Assembly (NCBI RefSeq): GCF_036321535.1
Contig: NC_087436.1
Coordinates: 63,676,001 to 63,740,000, forward strand
DNA from: Camelus dromedarius
Lineage: Eukaryota
Reading direction: 5' to 3'
Length of the DNA stretch: 64,000 nt
The notes below the pieces were generated by a model. It saw nothing but the letters and a program-made list of their open reading frames with translations. It was not told the DNA's origin and ran no database searches. The position numbers and the translations under genes are program-made. The number at the start of each line of letters is the position of its first letter. The first letter of the stretch is position 1. This document shows, one piece after another, positions 50,743 through 64,000 of this stretch.

Positions 50743-50777
<35 letters not shown>
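50743..50777. repeat. (TG)n microsatellite
   Basis: About 17 units. Confidence 0.95.
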
Positions 50778-50780
<3 letters not shown>

Positions 50781-52289
50781 AAATTTCAAGTCTTCATTTT
50801 CTTTATCTAAACTTCCATCACTAGCCCCTGCTTTTATTGTTTCTCACCTAAATTCTTGCTAAGGTCTCTTAGTTGCTTACTCATTTCCCAGGAATTGCTG
50901 TTTTCTCTCTCTTTACTGTTCTTATAGCTTCAGATGCTTGGAAACAGCTCAAGAGCTAGGGAAGGCACACAAATGTCATACCTAAGACTTTTAGACTCTC
51001 TTGCTTAGAAAGAAAATTGGCCAGCATCTCGCTCATGTTTGTATCTCAGTGCTATTCTCCTCAACTTTCTTTCAGATGCTAATATAACCACTACAGAACC
51101 TACTATTTTCCTTTGCAGTTGTTCACTGAGAACACAATGGACACTACTGGGGCAGAACCATGTATTCCAGAACTAATTTATCACTATCCTTTCCTTCATA
51201 TGCCATGTGTCACAGTTATGTTCCATCTATTCCTTTTTTAAAAAATGTTTGCCTTCACCATTACTGTATGATTTTCTTGGAGACAAAACAGGTTTTTCAT
51301 TTTTATTTCTGTGGCCTAACTGATCAATAAATATATAAAATGGTGATTTGATGATAAAGAAAATAAAAGTAACAATTTCATGAGTACTATTTCCTTTTCT
51401 GCCCACTCCTATATATCAAAATATAAACCAAAGGCAAAAGGCAGCTTCCAGGGATATCTTGTATATGGATTCTTCTTCATATAAAACTCCTAGAGTTTTC
51501 AAGTTCATGTAATTTTACTTGCCAATCTAATCACTTAACCACAGAGGTAAATTTGTTTAAGGGAGAGAAGTCTTTATTAGTTTGGCTCTCAATATAGTAA
51601 TTATTCCCAACAATCTTGATATAAAATAATAAACCTTTGTTCTTTTAAGAATTTTTATTCCATTAAGCCTGAATTTTTAGTTACCTTCTTTCCTCATTGT
51701 TTCTAGTTGTTGGTTTCTGTTTTTAAATTAAAACTTTATAATAGACCACTAGGTTTAAACTCTTTCCCATTAGCATTTTCTTAGCTCTGAAAGTTTATTT
51801 AAATTGGTAGACATCCACAATGTTCCCAGACGTGGTAAATGTTTAGGGGTAAGAGCCAACTGTCCTCTGATATAAGAGAAAGAATAGGAGTAAAAGTACA
51901 GAGGGAGAGATTTAAGTAAAATAACTGGAACAGCTATCCCTGAGAGTTATATGACAAAATAGATTCCGTGAGAAATTGATACTATAGACTAGAGTCAACA
52001 TTCTGGGGATACATAGGACATTGGAAGATTGATAGTTTTCAGGAATTATGAAAATGCAGCTTAAAAAGTAAGCTCAAGTTGCGTTCATCCTGAGAATTCC
52101 CTCCCTGGAGACTTTCATGTCCTCAAAGGTCCTAAAAGACTTTTGTTGACTCTATATTCTCACCTCTATTTTCCACTCTTTCCACTTCACTTCCCATATT
52201 TTAAAATTAATCTGGCAATGGCCACCACTGATCTCTTTCTACTCTCATATTACTTGAAATATCTGCTACTTTTGGCATTTTTATCATCT

Positions 52290-53345
52290 TTCCCCTTATG
52301 AACTTTCCTTTCCTAGATGTTCATGAAACCAAGTTCTGCCCTTTTTAAATCTCCTTTTAATTCTCTGATTCCTGATGTGCTGATACTTATCACTTCCACT
52401 GATTTATTTTCCTTGCCATGCCTGTAAATATTTGTATTCATTCCTATAGCATCTTCAATCCCTCATTACACATTTTCTCACTGGGAATCTCATCTACTTC
52501 TGCATATTCAACTATCCTAGCTATGCTTAAGGATCTCATTTCATAAAACACATAGTTATATTTAAACCATCTACAAATTCTTAGCCAAATGACTCACAGA
52601 CATCTCCAACTCAACAAATCCAAAATAAATTGCTCTGATTGTAAACTTCCTTTCTCAGTGAAGACCATCAATATCCACACAGTTGCCCAAGCTGAGATCC
52701 TGAAGTAGCTCTACCAATTTCATCACTGTCCAGATATTCAATACCTTACTAAATACTTCCCCTTCTGCTTATAAAGATTTCTGACTGATGTCTTCTCTTC
52801 TCTGTCCTTTTGTTAATGCCATGATTTCATCACTTACTCACTTTTTTAAAAACTTCCTAGTCATGCTCTCTGTCTATAGCCTCTCTTCTTTCATGAGTGT
52901 GGTATTTCTCAAAACAGAGCTAACAGTGTTACTTCTTTCAAAACTGGTGTCTATTGATTGCCTTTAGAATAAATTCCAAACTTCATGTCATGATATCAAG
53001 GTCACAATCTGATCTTCTCCCAGCATTGGACATTGCTACGTCTCAGTCCTGTTCACTTATACCATGTCCTTTAAGTCTGTGCCTGAACACTTTATCTGAA
53101 GTCCCCTGTCTACTTGGCAAAGTCCTATTAATTCTGTAGTCCCCATTCCAGATATACCTCCTCTCTACATAGCTCCCTGTCTCTCTTAATGACTTACCCT
53201 CACTCCCTGAGAAAAGTTGCTGGGTTACCTGCATTTTTCATCCTATAAAAAGGCTTTTCACATTTTATCATTCTTTATACTTCTATTTAGTACACTCTTA
53301 AACTTTGGTCTTCTTAGAGGACAGAAACAATAACTTCTCACACGT
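52290..53345 (+). mobile_element. L2 fragment (long, highly diverged)
   Basis: 'cacagacatctccaactcaacaaatccaaa...atccacacagttgcccaagctgaga...gcctttagaataaattccaaac'. Confidence 0.65.
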
Positions 53346-53379
53346 ATTTTAGTAACTAGCAGATTGTTTGGTACTATAA

Positions 53380-53760
53380 TAGTTAGAACTTGTTAATTAT
53401 AATTATAACAAATAGTCCTAAATTTAAATAGTGCCTTAAACACAACAGAAGTGTGCTTCTTGCTCACAAGGAATTTCCATGTCAGCAGGGAGGATCTGCT
53501 CCACACATTGATTTAGGAAGATGAGTCTGGAATCTTCAAATCATGGTAATAAAAGCTGGTCATAGAAAACACATCCAACTGACAGAAAGGGAAGACCATG
53601 GAAAAGCCTTAATAGAAAGATCTTTTTTGATGAAATTGCAGATCATTTTTGCTGATACCATATTGGCCAGAACTAGCCTCATGACCACACCTAACTGTAA
53701 AGGATGCTGAGCAATGCAATGTCTGGGAGATGAAAACAATGATTCTGGTGTGTAGCTGCT
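53380..53760 (-). mobile_element. MaLR LTR (MLT1I/J-like)
   Basis: 'gtgccttaaacacaacagaagtg...attggccagaactag...tgaccacacctaactgtaaagga'. Confidence 0.7.
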
Positions 53761-53767
53761 AGAACTT

Positions 53768-53770
<3 letters not shown>

Positions 53771-53807
<37 letters not shown>
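53771..53807. repeat. (CA)n microsatellite
   Basis: About 18 units. Confidence 0.95.
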
Positions 53808-53810
<3 letters not shown>

Positions 53811-53834
53811 ACAACTAAATGGTAAACTAGCCCT

Positions 53835-53978
53835 TGAAATCAGAATTCTCTATGGAGCTCTTTTTCAAAATGCAAATGCTTGAACCACTATCCCAAACCT
53901 TCTTAATCTAAAGATCCAGCTTTTAGAATTAAGGAATCTGTATTTTATAGGCACACAGATGATTCCGCTGCATAGGCA
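53835..53978. mobile_element. MER5-like hAT-Charlie fragment
   Basis: 'atcagaatt...ggagct...aaaatgcaaatgct...aggaatctgtatttta...gatgattcc'. Confidence 0.55.
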
Positions 53979-55679
53979 GGATAATGATTCTACAGGTACT
54001 ACCTAAATAAACTACTGAACAGCCCTAACAACATACAAAAATGGGAAATGGATAGTCCTTATGGTACAGATTAAATCAGAAGAGTCTAAAAAATGGTTTA
54101 AATTTTAAATAGAACACAATAGTCCATCTATCTCATTAAAAACTCAATAAAATTAATGTCAGACTCAACAGTTCAGAAATACTACATTGTTTTACACATT
54201 TTCCAATTCTTTTCTTGTATTAAATATATATTACATATGATCAACTAAAGTATAAACTCTAAGAGTACTTTTTTCTCCTCTAAGAGTGCCTCCAGTAATA
54301 ATTAGTACTTACTTGGGATCAATAAATATCAAAGGATCAAGTTCCATCACTTGCCCTTTGCTTTGCCTTAGATTTGAGTAGAGGATTACACATGAATTAG
54401 TAAGTGACTTGAGAAAGAGGGTAAGTGGTTTTACTTTACTGATAATAATATCATTTGGTTATGTAATCTATGGCAAATCAGGCTTCATATTTGTTTCAAC
54501 TTTAATCTTGTGTTCCTCAATCACTTCAGGGCCACCTAGCTGGTTTATAACCTGTAATCAATTCAGCTTTTCATTACTCAGTGTGAAAATATGTATTCAC
54601 AAGTGGCAATAATTATCAAAGCTGTAGACAACACCACCCGACACTATACTACTATGTTCACTGAGTCCTCTGGCCTTCTGTCAGGTCACTGGAATACATA
54701 TCAAATCTATATAGGCATGAACACACAAAAAATTATGATTTTAAAATAATAACCAATTAAGCATAAGATACCTCTAGGTGCACAATTTGTATAATTTTGT
54801 TCAGTATACTGAACAGCATGAATCAGTGACTGGTTTACGTGCAAGAACAAAGGTGAGGTATTCCAATTTTCAAAATGATTATTTTATTTATCATCATTAT
54901 GAGCTTATTTCAAAGCATTCAACAGCATTTCTTGACGTGGGAACATTTTACTCAGATCTATACTGCTATTTGGATTGGTCTTAAACATACATATAGCTGG
55001 AGTTGGTCAGGTCCTTTGTGAAAACACTGTTAAGATATACTTGTTTCATAGAGATGTGGTATTGATTTGTCATCGAAACTTGAAGGCTTACATGGCCGTG
55101 GATTTCTCCTTTTTGTCTAAATGGTACTAAAGCTGTAGCCAGGGAGGCACTCTTTGTAAAAGGCTAGATGTTAACAATATGAAAAGGCTAAGGGAAACTG
55201 TAAAAGGATTACTGTAATCGAAGGGAAGGGAATCACATTTATGTACATCTATGTACCAGGCTTTAGATAGGATTTTGTTTTGCTTTGTTTTAAAAACTTA
55301 CAGTCATAATGAAATAAACCAAACATAATATCTAGGGAGACTGAAAAACATTTTGCTAAAATATCAGAAAGTAGAAAGACTTTGGTTGATTTCCTCATTT
55401 GAGAATCCAGTCTTCAACTTTGCAGTTCCAGAAATTCAATTATTGCACCAAAGAATTAAACAAGTTCACAGAAATTACTCCTGAAAAACAATAGCAAATG
55501 GCAGCTAAGGGAATAATAGAATACAATAATACTTTTTTCCAGAGGCTACATACAGGTGCAGGAATACTGTAATAAGGCAATTAGGGAATTAAAAAATCAT
55601 TACCCAGAATGTTATATGGTATATATGTATACGATATCCTTTCATACATTATTGGTATAACTACTTATAAAAACTATTA

Positions 55680-56372
55680 CTGTCTACTAAAATTGGTCAC
55701 ATCCAGCAATTCCATCTTTATGTATCTAACAAAAATGTATGTATATAATCAACAGCAACAACAAACTAGACAAGAATATTTAGAGCAGTACTACATGAAG
55801 AGTCAAAAACTGAAAACAATCCAAATGTCCGTCAGAACTGATAAATACATTGTGGTACAGTCATACCATGGAATATCAAATAGCAATCAACTTATTATAT
55901 GAAACACCATGGATAAATTCGTAAACATATAGTAAACAAAGGAATTGAAACATAAGATAGAACACATTGTACGAGTCCATTATAAATGCTTAGCCACAAG
56001 CAAAATTCATGCATGGTATTGTAAGGACAGAGATTCCTTTGAGAACATTAGAGTTCTTCTGGGAGCTGGTAATATTTAAATTTTTGACTGAGATTCTGAA
56101 TATATATACATACATAAAATAAAACATACAATGAAATGTTTTTACTTTGTGAAAATTTATTGAGCTGGTCACTTATGATTTGTAGACTTCTGTGTATATA
56201 CATCAATAATATGTCTTAAAAATATTAAACTTGGGAGTATATGGAAGCGGAAGGAATACAGATGAAACAAGACTGGCCGTGAGTTGATAACTATTGAAGA
56301 GGGGTGACGAATACAAGGTAGTTAATCATACCATGTTTTCTTTTGTATATGTTTGAAATTTTCATAATAAAA
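55680..56372 (+). mobile_element. Old L1 (L1ME/MC-like) 3' fragments
   Basis: 'aaaactgaaaacaatccaaatgtcc...gataaatacattgtggtac...tttgtgaaaatttattgagctg', 'gatgaaacaagactggcc...gtttgaaattttcataataaaa'. Confidence 0.75.
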
Positions 56373-56429
56373 AAATCAAATTTCTAGAAAAATCATAGTA
56401 ACCTTCATCAGTTTATAGTAGGCATATAT

Positions 56430-57503
56430 CCAAGCTATTTATAACATTAAAAGCACAATTCACAAAAAAACTGACAAATTGGACCTCGTAAAGTTAAAAG
56501 CTTCTGCTCTTTGAAATATGTTAAGAGAATGAAAAGACAGCTACTATTAGGAGAAAATATTTGCTTAACACATATTTGATAAAGGACTTTTATCCAGAAC
56601 ATATAAATAATTCCCAAAATCCAATACAACTAGAAAAAATCCAACTTAAGAAGAGGGCAAAAGACTTGAACACACATTTCAGCAAAGACAACATAGGGAT
56701 GTCAAAGAAGCTTATGAAAAGATGCTCAACACCACTAGACACTAAGGAAATGCAAATTAAAACAATGATGACATATCACTACGCATCTATTTGAATACCT
56801 CAAATTTAAAATATTGATCATAACCAAATGTTGGTGAGAATGTGGACAACTGGATCTCTCCTACATTGCTGGCTAGAATGTAAAATGTTACTACCCCTTT
56901 AAAAAACATTTTGGAAGTATGTTAAAAAGTTAAATATATATCTACCTTTAACTCGGTATTTTCCTAGGCTTTAAACAAGAAAAATAAAAGCATATAAAGA
57001 CTTGTACCTAAAACTTCCTAATGGTTCTATTTTCTATTTGTAATAATCAAAAGTGAAGACAACACAAATGTCCACCAACAGGCAAAGGGATAGAAACATT
57101 TTGTTACATCTGCACAATGGAATATTAATCAACTATCAAAATAATGAAGTACCTATACATGCAACATGTATAATGTAAAAGTCATTTTAATAAATTTTTA
57201 AAAGCCAGACAAAATGAATACATTTTGTAAATGTAACTTTCAAATTTATGTAAAATTATATGAAATGCAAACTGATTTATAGTGAAAGAAAATAGGAGTA
57301 TTTGAGGAGGGCGGTGGGGCAGAAAAAAGGAATTACAAGTGAGCACAGGGAAAGTTTGGGAGGTGATGGACATGCTCACTTTATTATGCTTGCAATGATG
57401 GTTTCACGGGGTATAATATATGTCAAAACTGACCAAGTTGTACACTTTAAATATGGCAGTTTTTAGTATGCCAATTAAAATTCAACATAGCTGTTAAGAA
57501 AAA
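56430..57503 (+). mobile_element. Old L1 (L1MC/MD-like) ORF2 end plus 3' UTR
   Basis: 'gggcaaaagacttgaacacacatttcagcaaaga...aaaagatgctcaac...ggaaatgcaaattaaaac', ending 'ttgtacactttaaatatg...caacatagctgttaa'. Confidence 0.85.
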
Positions 57504-58014
57504 ATACACCTGCAATACACCTGCACAATATGTTATTTATCTTTCTAGTATTAACTTATTCAATATGCATCTCTTTACTTGCAATAAAATAAAAATAACC
57601 CTCAAAAACTTAATTATTTGGGATATGGTGAAGCCTGGTTACCTGTCCCCACTTCTCAACTATATATGTATCTCCTCAATGCTGAGAATATTCAAATCCA
57701 TTTTTACAGACTACCCTGAAAAACAGTGAGGCTAAATTCTTCTTATTTCAATGGTTAAATCATTCTGTGGATGCTTTCCCTCATATAAATTTTTTTTAAA
57801 ACAATGGCTTTTTAAAACAATTCATTTTAAACTGAAAAGTCTATACAACTTAATTGGAATTAGAATCTTCCAGTATGCTCCAGCCACCATTGAGCTATTA
57901 CTATATAGGCATTTTTATTTCCTCTGATAAATCTTATTTACATGTGGATTAATTTTATTTCCAGAATGTAACCTTATCCTCAAGTTTTGAGGAATAGCAC
58001 GTTATGCCCTTATG

Positions 58015-58195
58015 CAGTGTCAAATATGTGCAATCTAAACTTCACAACCTCTCAAGTAGTTACTATAACAAACTTCTGTTGATGAGGAACTCAGATTCAG
58101 AGTTAAAGCAATTTACCTACAACTGCACACATGTTAACTTGCTAAGCAAGACACAAACCCTGACAGGACGTTCTCTCATATTACACCACTTTCCA
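58015..58195 (-). mobile_element. MIR SINE
   Basis: 'cttcacaacctctcaagtag...gatgaggaactcagattcagagttaaagcaatttacc'. Confidence 0.55.
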
Positions 58196-58379
58196 ACAGA
58201 TAAATGTTACGGCATTTCTAAGGTGCTAAAATTTTAAAATTTATTTTCTCCGTTATATCCTTTCGTCAGAATAAAAATTATCTTAAAATGACCCAAATCT
58301 AAGGGCACTTATATACTACTACATAATCTTTTGCTGTGGGGAATTCAGTCATTGACAATGATGTTATAAGAGGAAAAAA

Positions 58380-58540
58380 TTCAGCCACCAGTGATGTACA
58401 TGAGCTTAGGAAAGTTATTTCAGCCCCCTAGATTTCCATTTCCTCAATCTGTAAATTGTGAAATAATACTTGCTGACCACTGTCAAGTTTCAAGGTAATA
58501 TGTACACAGTGTGTAGCATCAAAGTGCTCAATTAAATGGC
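58380..58540 (+). mobile_element. MIR SINE
   Basis: 'cttaggaaagttatttcagccccc...tttcctcaatctgtaaa...gtgctcaattaaatgg'. Confidence 0.6.
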
Positions 58541-59479
58541 TGCTCCAAAAATCAGGATTGCTGAGTAAAGACAGTATTTCAAAGGGCAGTCGTTAGATGT
58601 TGCTACCCCTTCAAAACAATTATTTGCATTTCTGAAGACACATTTCTGAAAATACATTACAAAAACACTTAAAGAGGGTTAATAAAAAAAAACCCTGAGC
58701 TCTGTGTGTGTATAACAAAAAAGTAAATAAACCACAATTATATTTTCCATAGAAATATCTGGAGATTTAGATGACTCACAAATCTGAATCAACATATTCC
58801 ATTCACTCTACATACTTATTAGTAAAAGAAAAAAATAGGATATATGATGATCATGTTCCCATAAACTCTCTACCAGCTCTGACTGCTTTGTGTGGCTTTG
58901 GGCAATTTACAGCCAAGTTTCCACCTATCACAATAAGAGACAATGGAACAAGATGTTATTTAAGTTATATCAAATGCCAAGAATTCTCTCCTCACTATAT
59001 TACCCTTCCTAATTAAATAATATAAAATTAGCACAACTTTGACTATTAATTTTATTCCACAAAATTAGCACTCTGTAGGATGATAAATTAATCTATGCCA
59101 ACTGCATTCACTGTGCCTACTATTGTAGAAATAGAGTGAATCACATTGGCTGGCTTTTTCAGGTTAGCTGCCATAGGATTAATACTATGCTGGGCAATTC
59201 TGAGTTTTGTTCTTAATTTTGCAGTGCACAAGCTTAAAATTACCAATTCAGCCAAAAGAAAACAAATTCCTGGAATTAGAAGTACTCTATAATAACTTTA
59301 AACTCCATAATGATTCTCTTTTCTGCAGCAGCAATATATCTCTGTGGGAGCATTGCCAGTCTACACACAAACAACTTTGAATAAAATAAGCCTTCCCTAG
59401 GCCCTGAGTCCTCCTATAAGCACGACCCCGTTCCCCTCCCCATTGGTCCTAGAATCACTGTTTGTGTGTATTATTCGGC

Positions 59480-60545
59480 CACTCAGTGGTATTTGACACT
59501 GCAAGCTATCTTCTTTCTCGTACTTTTTTTCCTCTCCAAACATCCAGGATGCCTCTTTCCTAGTTCTCCTCCTTCTTTACTGATTACTCCTCAATCTCCT
59601 GCTTCACTTCTACTAGACTTTTCTCTGTTTATGGATATGATCCAGAACCCATTCTTTTCTCCACATCTTTCTTGACAATCTCATTTATCTAACTGCTTCA
59701 AATACACTGATGTGCCTTTGACCTCCAAATGCACACATTTAGACTTGAGGTCTTACCCAAATTGCAGACGCGTATGCCCAAATGTTTCTTTGATATATCC
59801 ACTTGGGGTTCTAACAGACATCTCAAAATTAACATGTCTAAAGAAGAATTGTTTTCACCCTTCTCCAGCCCTACTCTCCAGCAATTCTGATGAACTTAAC
59901 CTTCCATCATCTGTGCAATTCTCATCTGAACCGTCATCTTTCATTTAGATTATTGCAAAAACCTTCTAATCTCTCTGCTTCTACTCTTGTCTTCTTCCAA
60001 TCCATTCTCAACAGAGCAACCAGAAGGATTTTTTTCAAAATAGAAATCAAGTTGTATTGTTCCTCTGATTAAAAACAACAGAATCTTTCCAAATCTTTCC
60101 CATCACACTTAGAATATGGTATATGTACATACAGTAGTCCTCAGTATCTATCCCCTGCTGACTTCTAACCACATCTGCTACCGCTCTGTTTCTTGTTCAG
60201 AACACTCTAACTATACTGACCTTCTTTCTGGTCATTAAATATATCAACATCATTTAAATATTACAGCATTATCCTAGTATATGTGAAAGGCTTATTCCTT
60301 AAAATTCAGGAATCAGCTGAAATGTTATCTCCTAAGTGTAACCTTTCCTTTCCATTTAACCTCTAGCTCAACATCCTGTTTTATATTCAACATAATAGTA
60401 CTAATTATTTCATGTTCATCTATTTGTTTATTGTCTGCCTTTCCCCATTAAATAAAATCTTTAGACAGAACCTTGTTTATCTTACTGAATTTTTATACCT
60501 AATGCCTAAAATATTGTGTCTCAGAAGAGTGTCTCAATACACGTC
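59480..60545 (+). mobile_element. L2 fragment with 3' end
   Basis: 'ccacttggggttctaacagacatctcaaaattaacatgtctaaa...tccattctcaacagagcaaccaga...tatttgtttattgtctgcctttcccc'. Confidence 0.8.
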
Positions 60546-63134
60546 AAAGGAACAAAGTGTTAGTATACAGAGTTGTATCCCTTCACAATAGGCATGAAAA
60601 TAGTATCAGATATTTGAGCAAGGCTTGGATAGCCTCTTCAGGAAATTGATAAAATGGCTTAGGCTAAGAGGGGATTTATGTAATTTGGTAACAATTACAA
60701 GTCAATATATTTTAATACCTGTGAAAGGCACAGTTGTAATGCTTTTTTTTTTTTTGTCACTGGAACCTGAATATACTTTCTGAAGAGTGTGTCTGACCCA
60801 CACCAAAGCATTTCTAATAGGTAGGCAGCCACTAAAAGCAATAGGCATTAGGGAAAAGCAGTGTGTAAAGGCCCCTAACTGTTGGCTTGCTAACAGTTGT
60901 GGTAGTTGTCACATAATTGAGACTTCTTAGTTATGTCTGTAGCTCTAACTTAATTTGAACAGGAAGAACTGGGTAAGATGAGTCAGTGCACCCATTTCTA
61001 CACAGATTGCACCTAGAAGCTCAATTCTGGAGAGCTCCAGGCACAGGCCTGATACTTCCATAGTTCACAGGTCATTATATATGGACAGAACACAAATCCT
61101 GGGGTTGGGGATTAGGCCATGTTCCTAAGCCAGTAGTCAATTCTCCTATCGTCTTTGAACAATCTGGGGTTGACTCAAATGATTCATATCATTTCAGGCA
61201 TGTCTTTAAGGCTTATTGATGTTACAGGACATTATTTCCTTAGAAATATTCTAAGAGTTATCACAGTTGGCCTTAGGTATTGGAAACCATATGCGATCAA
61301 CCTTGAGAGCCTTTAATAAGCACAGACAAACTCCTTCCCTGCTGTGCGACTCAGAGCCACACTTGGCAAAGAAAATACGGTCAGGAAAAGGTTAGTCTCT
61401 AGTGACCTGAATCTTCCAAGTACTTGTTTGAGTGGCGGTCATCAGACAGAGGCTGCATTGCTGAGGGTTCAGGGACATGTGCCTATTTGTAAACTCTCAT
61501 CCCTGTAGATGGCTCACTGTTAGACCATTTCATTAAGTGCAATAGGGCATGGATACCCCTCTTTTATTTTCCCAGGGCTATAAATTCTCTTTCTCTCCCT
61601 ATTCTTTCCTCACCAGCACAAAAAACCTGCTAATGACACAGTTCTTTAACAAGTCTAACCTCATTTATCACTATATGTGGTCTAATTTGGTTTCTTTAAT
61701 TATTCTCCATTTTGCTAATTGTGATTATCCAGAGTTCCACAATTTATCATATTTCTCTACCTCTTAAAAGACTCATTTAACAGTTCTTGTTCTTTCACAG
61801 ATTCTTATTAATATTTTTAATTGCAGCTGCTTTAAAGAACCTTCCATACTTCCCTCTTCTTCTCAAAGTGTCGCAGTATTTACCTTTAATGTCCCTAATT
61901 ATTTTTTCTAATTTATGCTAGTCCATGGTGCCTTTGTAACTGTATTTTCTTAATGCAGGACTTTCAACAAAGGAAATTTAAGCCTGTCATTGAATTTCTG
62001 TTAAAACAGTAATGGCATGAATGTCACCTTGTAGGAAAGTAAAAGCAGATAACTTGAATGTTTTATTTAATAACTAATAAAATGCACTGGACTCAATTCA
62101 ATGAGTTGAATTTAAAAATAGGCCACAAATCATAAATAAATTAAATAAATAACAACTAAGTTCTGTAAAAGAAACATAGACTTTTCAGAATTCAGCATGC
62201 AAAGTTTCTAACTTATCATTTATCAGTTTTCACCCATATCTTTATTCAAGAAACATATATTGTTTACCTATGAGATCTAGAATACTATTGTGAGTGATGA
62301 TAAAAACCAAAGATGAACTCCTGTATTAAACATGTAGCATCTTATAGGTATGATATCTGTCGTAATACAGGAAGATGCAATGAGCCTTGAGTCAGTAGAA
62401 GCTTCTTCTAACTAGGAAAATCATGGAAGACTTTTAGGAAGAGATGACATTTGAGTTGGAACTTACATAAGATTTGGAATATTTGATGTAATGACTAAAG
62501 CTTGGATCCCAATAAAGCACAGAAGCAAAAAAAAATATGGGATGTGTTTTGAGACTATTAATAAAGTAGGGAGAGGGGGAAAGGTCCTTAGGGAATGGTG
62601 TAAGAACAAGCTTAAGTGTAAATTGGGCTTTGATCACAGAGAACCTGAAATGAAAATTTAGCCCTCACATGCAGTATGAACACAATTCCACATTTTAAGT
62701 TTGAGAGGAATATGGCTGCCTGTATAATGGGAAACCTAATCTTATAATGACAGGTACACCAGTTATAAGACTATTAAAACTAAGTCAAGCTTGAACAAAG
62801 GTGGCAAGAAAGGAAATGGAAGCAAGCTTGATTTAATGCTAAGTTTCAATATAGAATTAATATATTGGTAACTAGGTAATTGAAAATAAGGCTTAAGCCA
62901 AAGCAAGCCCAAGATTCTACAGCCAGGTAACTAACAACAATAAAAATAATACCAAACACTTTCTGAGAGGTTGCTAAATTTTAAGTGCCCTAAATGTATT
63001 CATTTATTTAATTCTCAGCCCACTCCTATGAAGCTAAGGAACTAACAAGAAATTAATAGAAATTAGAAAATTTAATGGGGGAATATATTTGAAGTGAAGG
63101 ATAATGGGTTCTGTTTTAATTTTGTGGTTTTAGA

Positions 63135-63532
63135 TACAATTTTAGTCAACATAGGATAAGTGATGCTGCAGAAAGTTATGTCCCATATTTTAGAAATCAA
63201 ACCCAATGAAAGTTTATTTTTCATATTCTTTAAATATCCCACACAGATTGTCTTGGGACTCTGTCTATACAGTCCCTGAGTGATAAAGCTTCTGCCCTCT
63301 TTTAGTTAAGATCTGAAACACAGGGCCTCTGACGGGCCCACAGAAGGAGAAAATAGGAATAGAGTGGGAACATGCTTTTGACTGCATCAGCCCAGACAGG
63401 ATAGGCATCATTTCCTCTCACAGTTTTCTGTACAGAACAAATCACATGGTTTTAACATACTAATTGCAAGGGAGGCTAGGATATGTAGGTGAGCACATGG
63501 GCTACTTGGTGAACATTACTATCTCTGCCACA
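63135..63532 (-). mobile_element. MaLR LTR (MLT1I/J-like)
   Basis: 'tagtcaacataggataagtgatgctgcag...aaagtttatttttc...cacatgg...taattgcaagggaggctagga...tctctgccaca'. Confidence 0.7.
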
Positions 63533-64000
63533 GGTACCATCTGTTCCTTTAAAAGGCATAGGAGTGTAATAGAGATGGGGTCTGGAACTAAGTTAGACTT
63601 CCAAGCTAATTTTTCCAACTATGTGTTAAATTACTTACAGGTCCTGTATCCCACTATTTTCTTAATTGTACTTTACTCTTACACCATGCAATTGCATTTG
63701 CAGAAAATCCCTTCCCTTCCTTGTCTAAATAGTTAATCCCTATTCATTCTTCAAAATCAGTTCAATATATTCAAGATACAGTGCTGTGGTAGTTGGTTAT
63801 CTACATTAAAGGGAAAATACTCATCTCAAATAAAAATAGATTCTGAGTAAAATAGAGTGAACATCTATTTAAAATATATTAAATTGTAGTTGAAAACATA
63901 AGTTAATATTTTGAGTATAGGTATAAGAATCACAAATAAAGATCAATTGATCTAACTATATAAATGTAAAATTTCTAGACCTAAAATATATTGAAAGATA

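Noticed and set aside
61261..61281. Near-match (tcacagttggccttaggtatt) to the tandem unit at 6939-6980
   Set aside because: Single short gapped match with no flanking homology; treated as coincidence.
1..64000. CRISPR arrays, operons, prokaryotic or phage systems, NUMTs or non-retroviral endogenous viral genes
   Set aside because: The sequence is eutherian repeat-rich DNA. I saw no regularly spaced repeats, long ORFs, or mitochondrial- or viral-like segments.

Overview
AT-rich, CpG-poor mammalian DNA, intergenic or deep intronic. It is most likely from a camelid, inferred from a vic-1-like tRNA-Ala-derived SINE at ~22.7 kb and young L1 3' UTRs of camelid type. I found no intact protein-coding gene, functional RNA gene or CRISPR array. 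The ORF track consists of L1 ORF2 fragments and chance ORFs. The window is a mosaic of eutherian repeats: L1 of several ages, L2, MIR, MaLR/ERV LTRs, and hAT, Tigger and mariner fossils. The most informative feature is missed by the ORF track: a decayed, 5'-truncated retrocopy of PPIG (cyclophilin G; C-terminal coding region plus 3' UTR) at ~49.05-49.70 kb. It is joined to an L1 3' end, and both are nested inside an older L1 ORF2 with a recognisable target-site duplication (TSD). Other structural oddities are a twin-primed (5'-inverted) L1 at 33.9-35.5 kb and two near-identical young L1 3' ends inserted a few tens of bp apart at 19.4-19.8 kb. Repeat family names and the PPIG assignment come from my recollection of consensus and protein sequences, not from a database search. 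Boundaries of old repeats are approximate.
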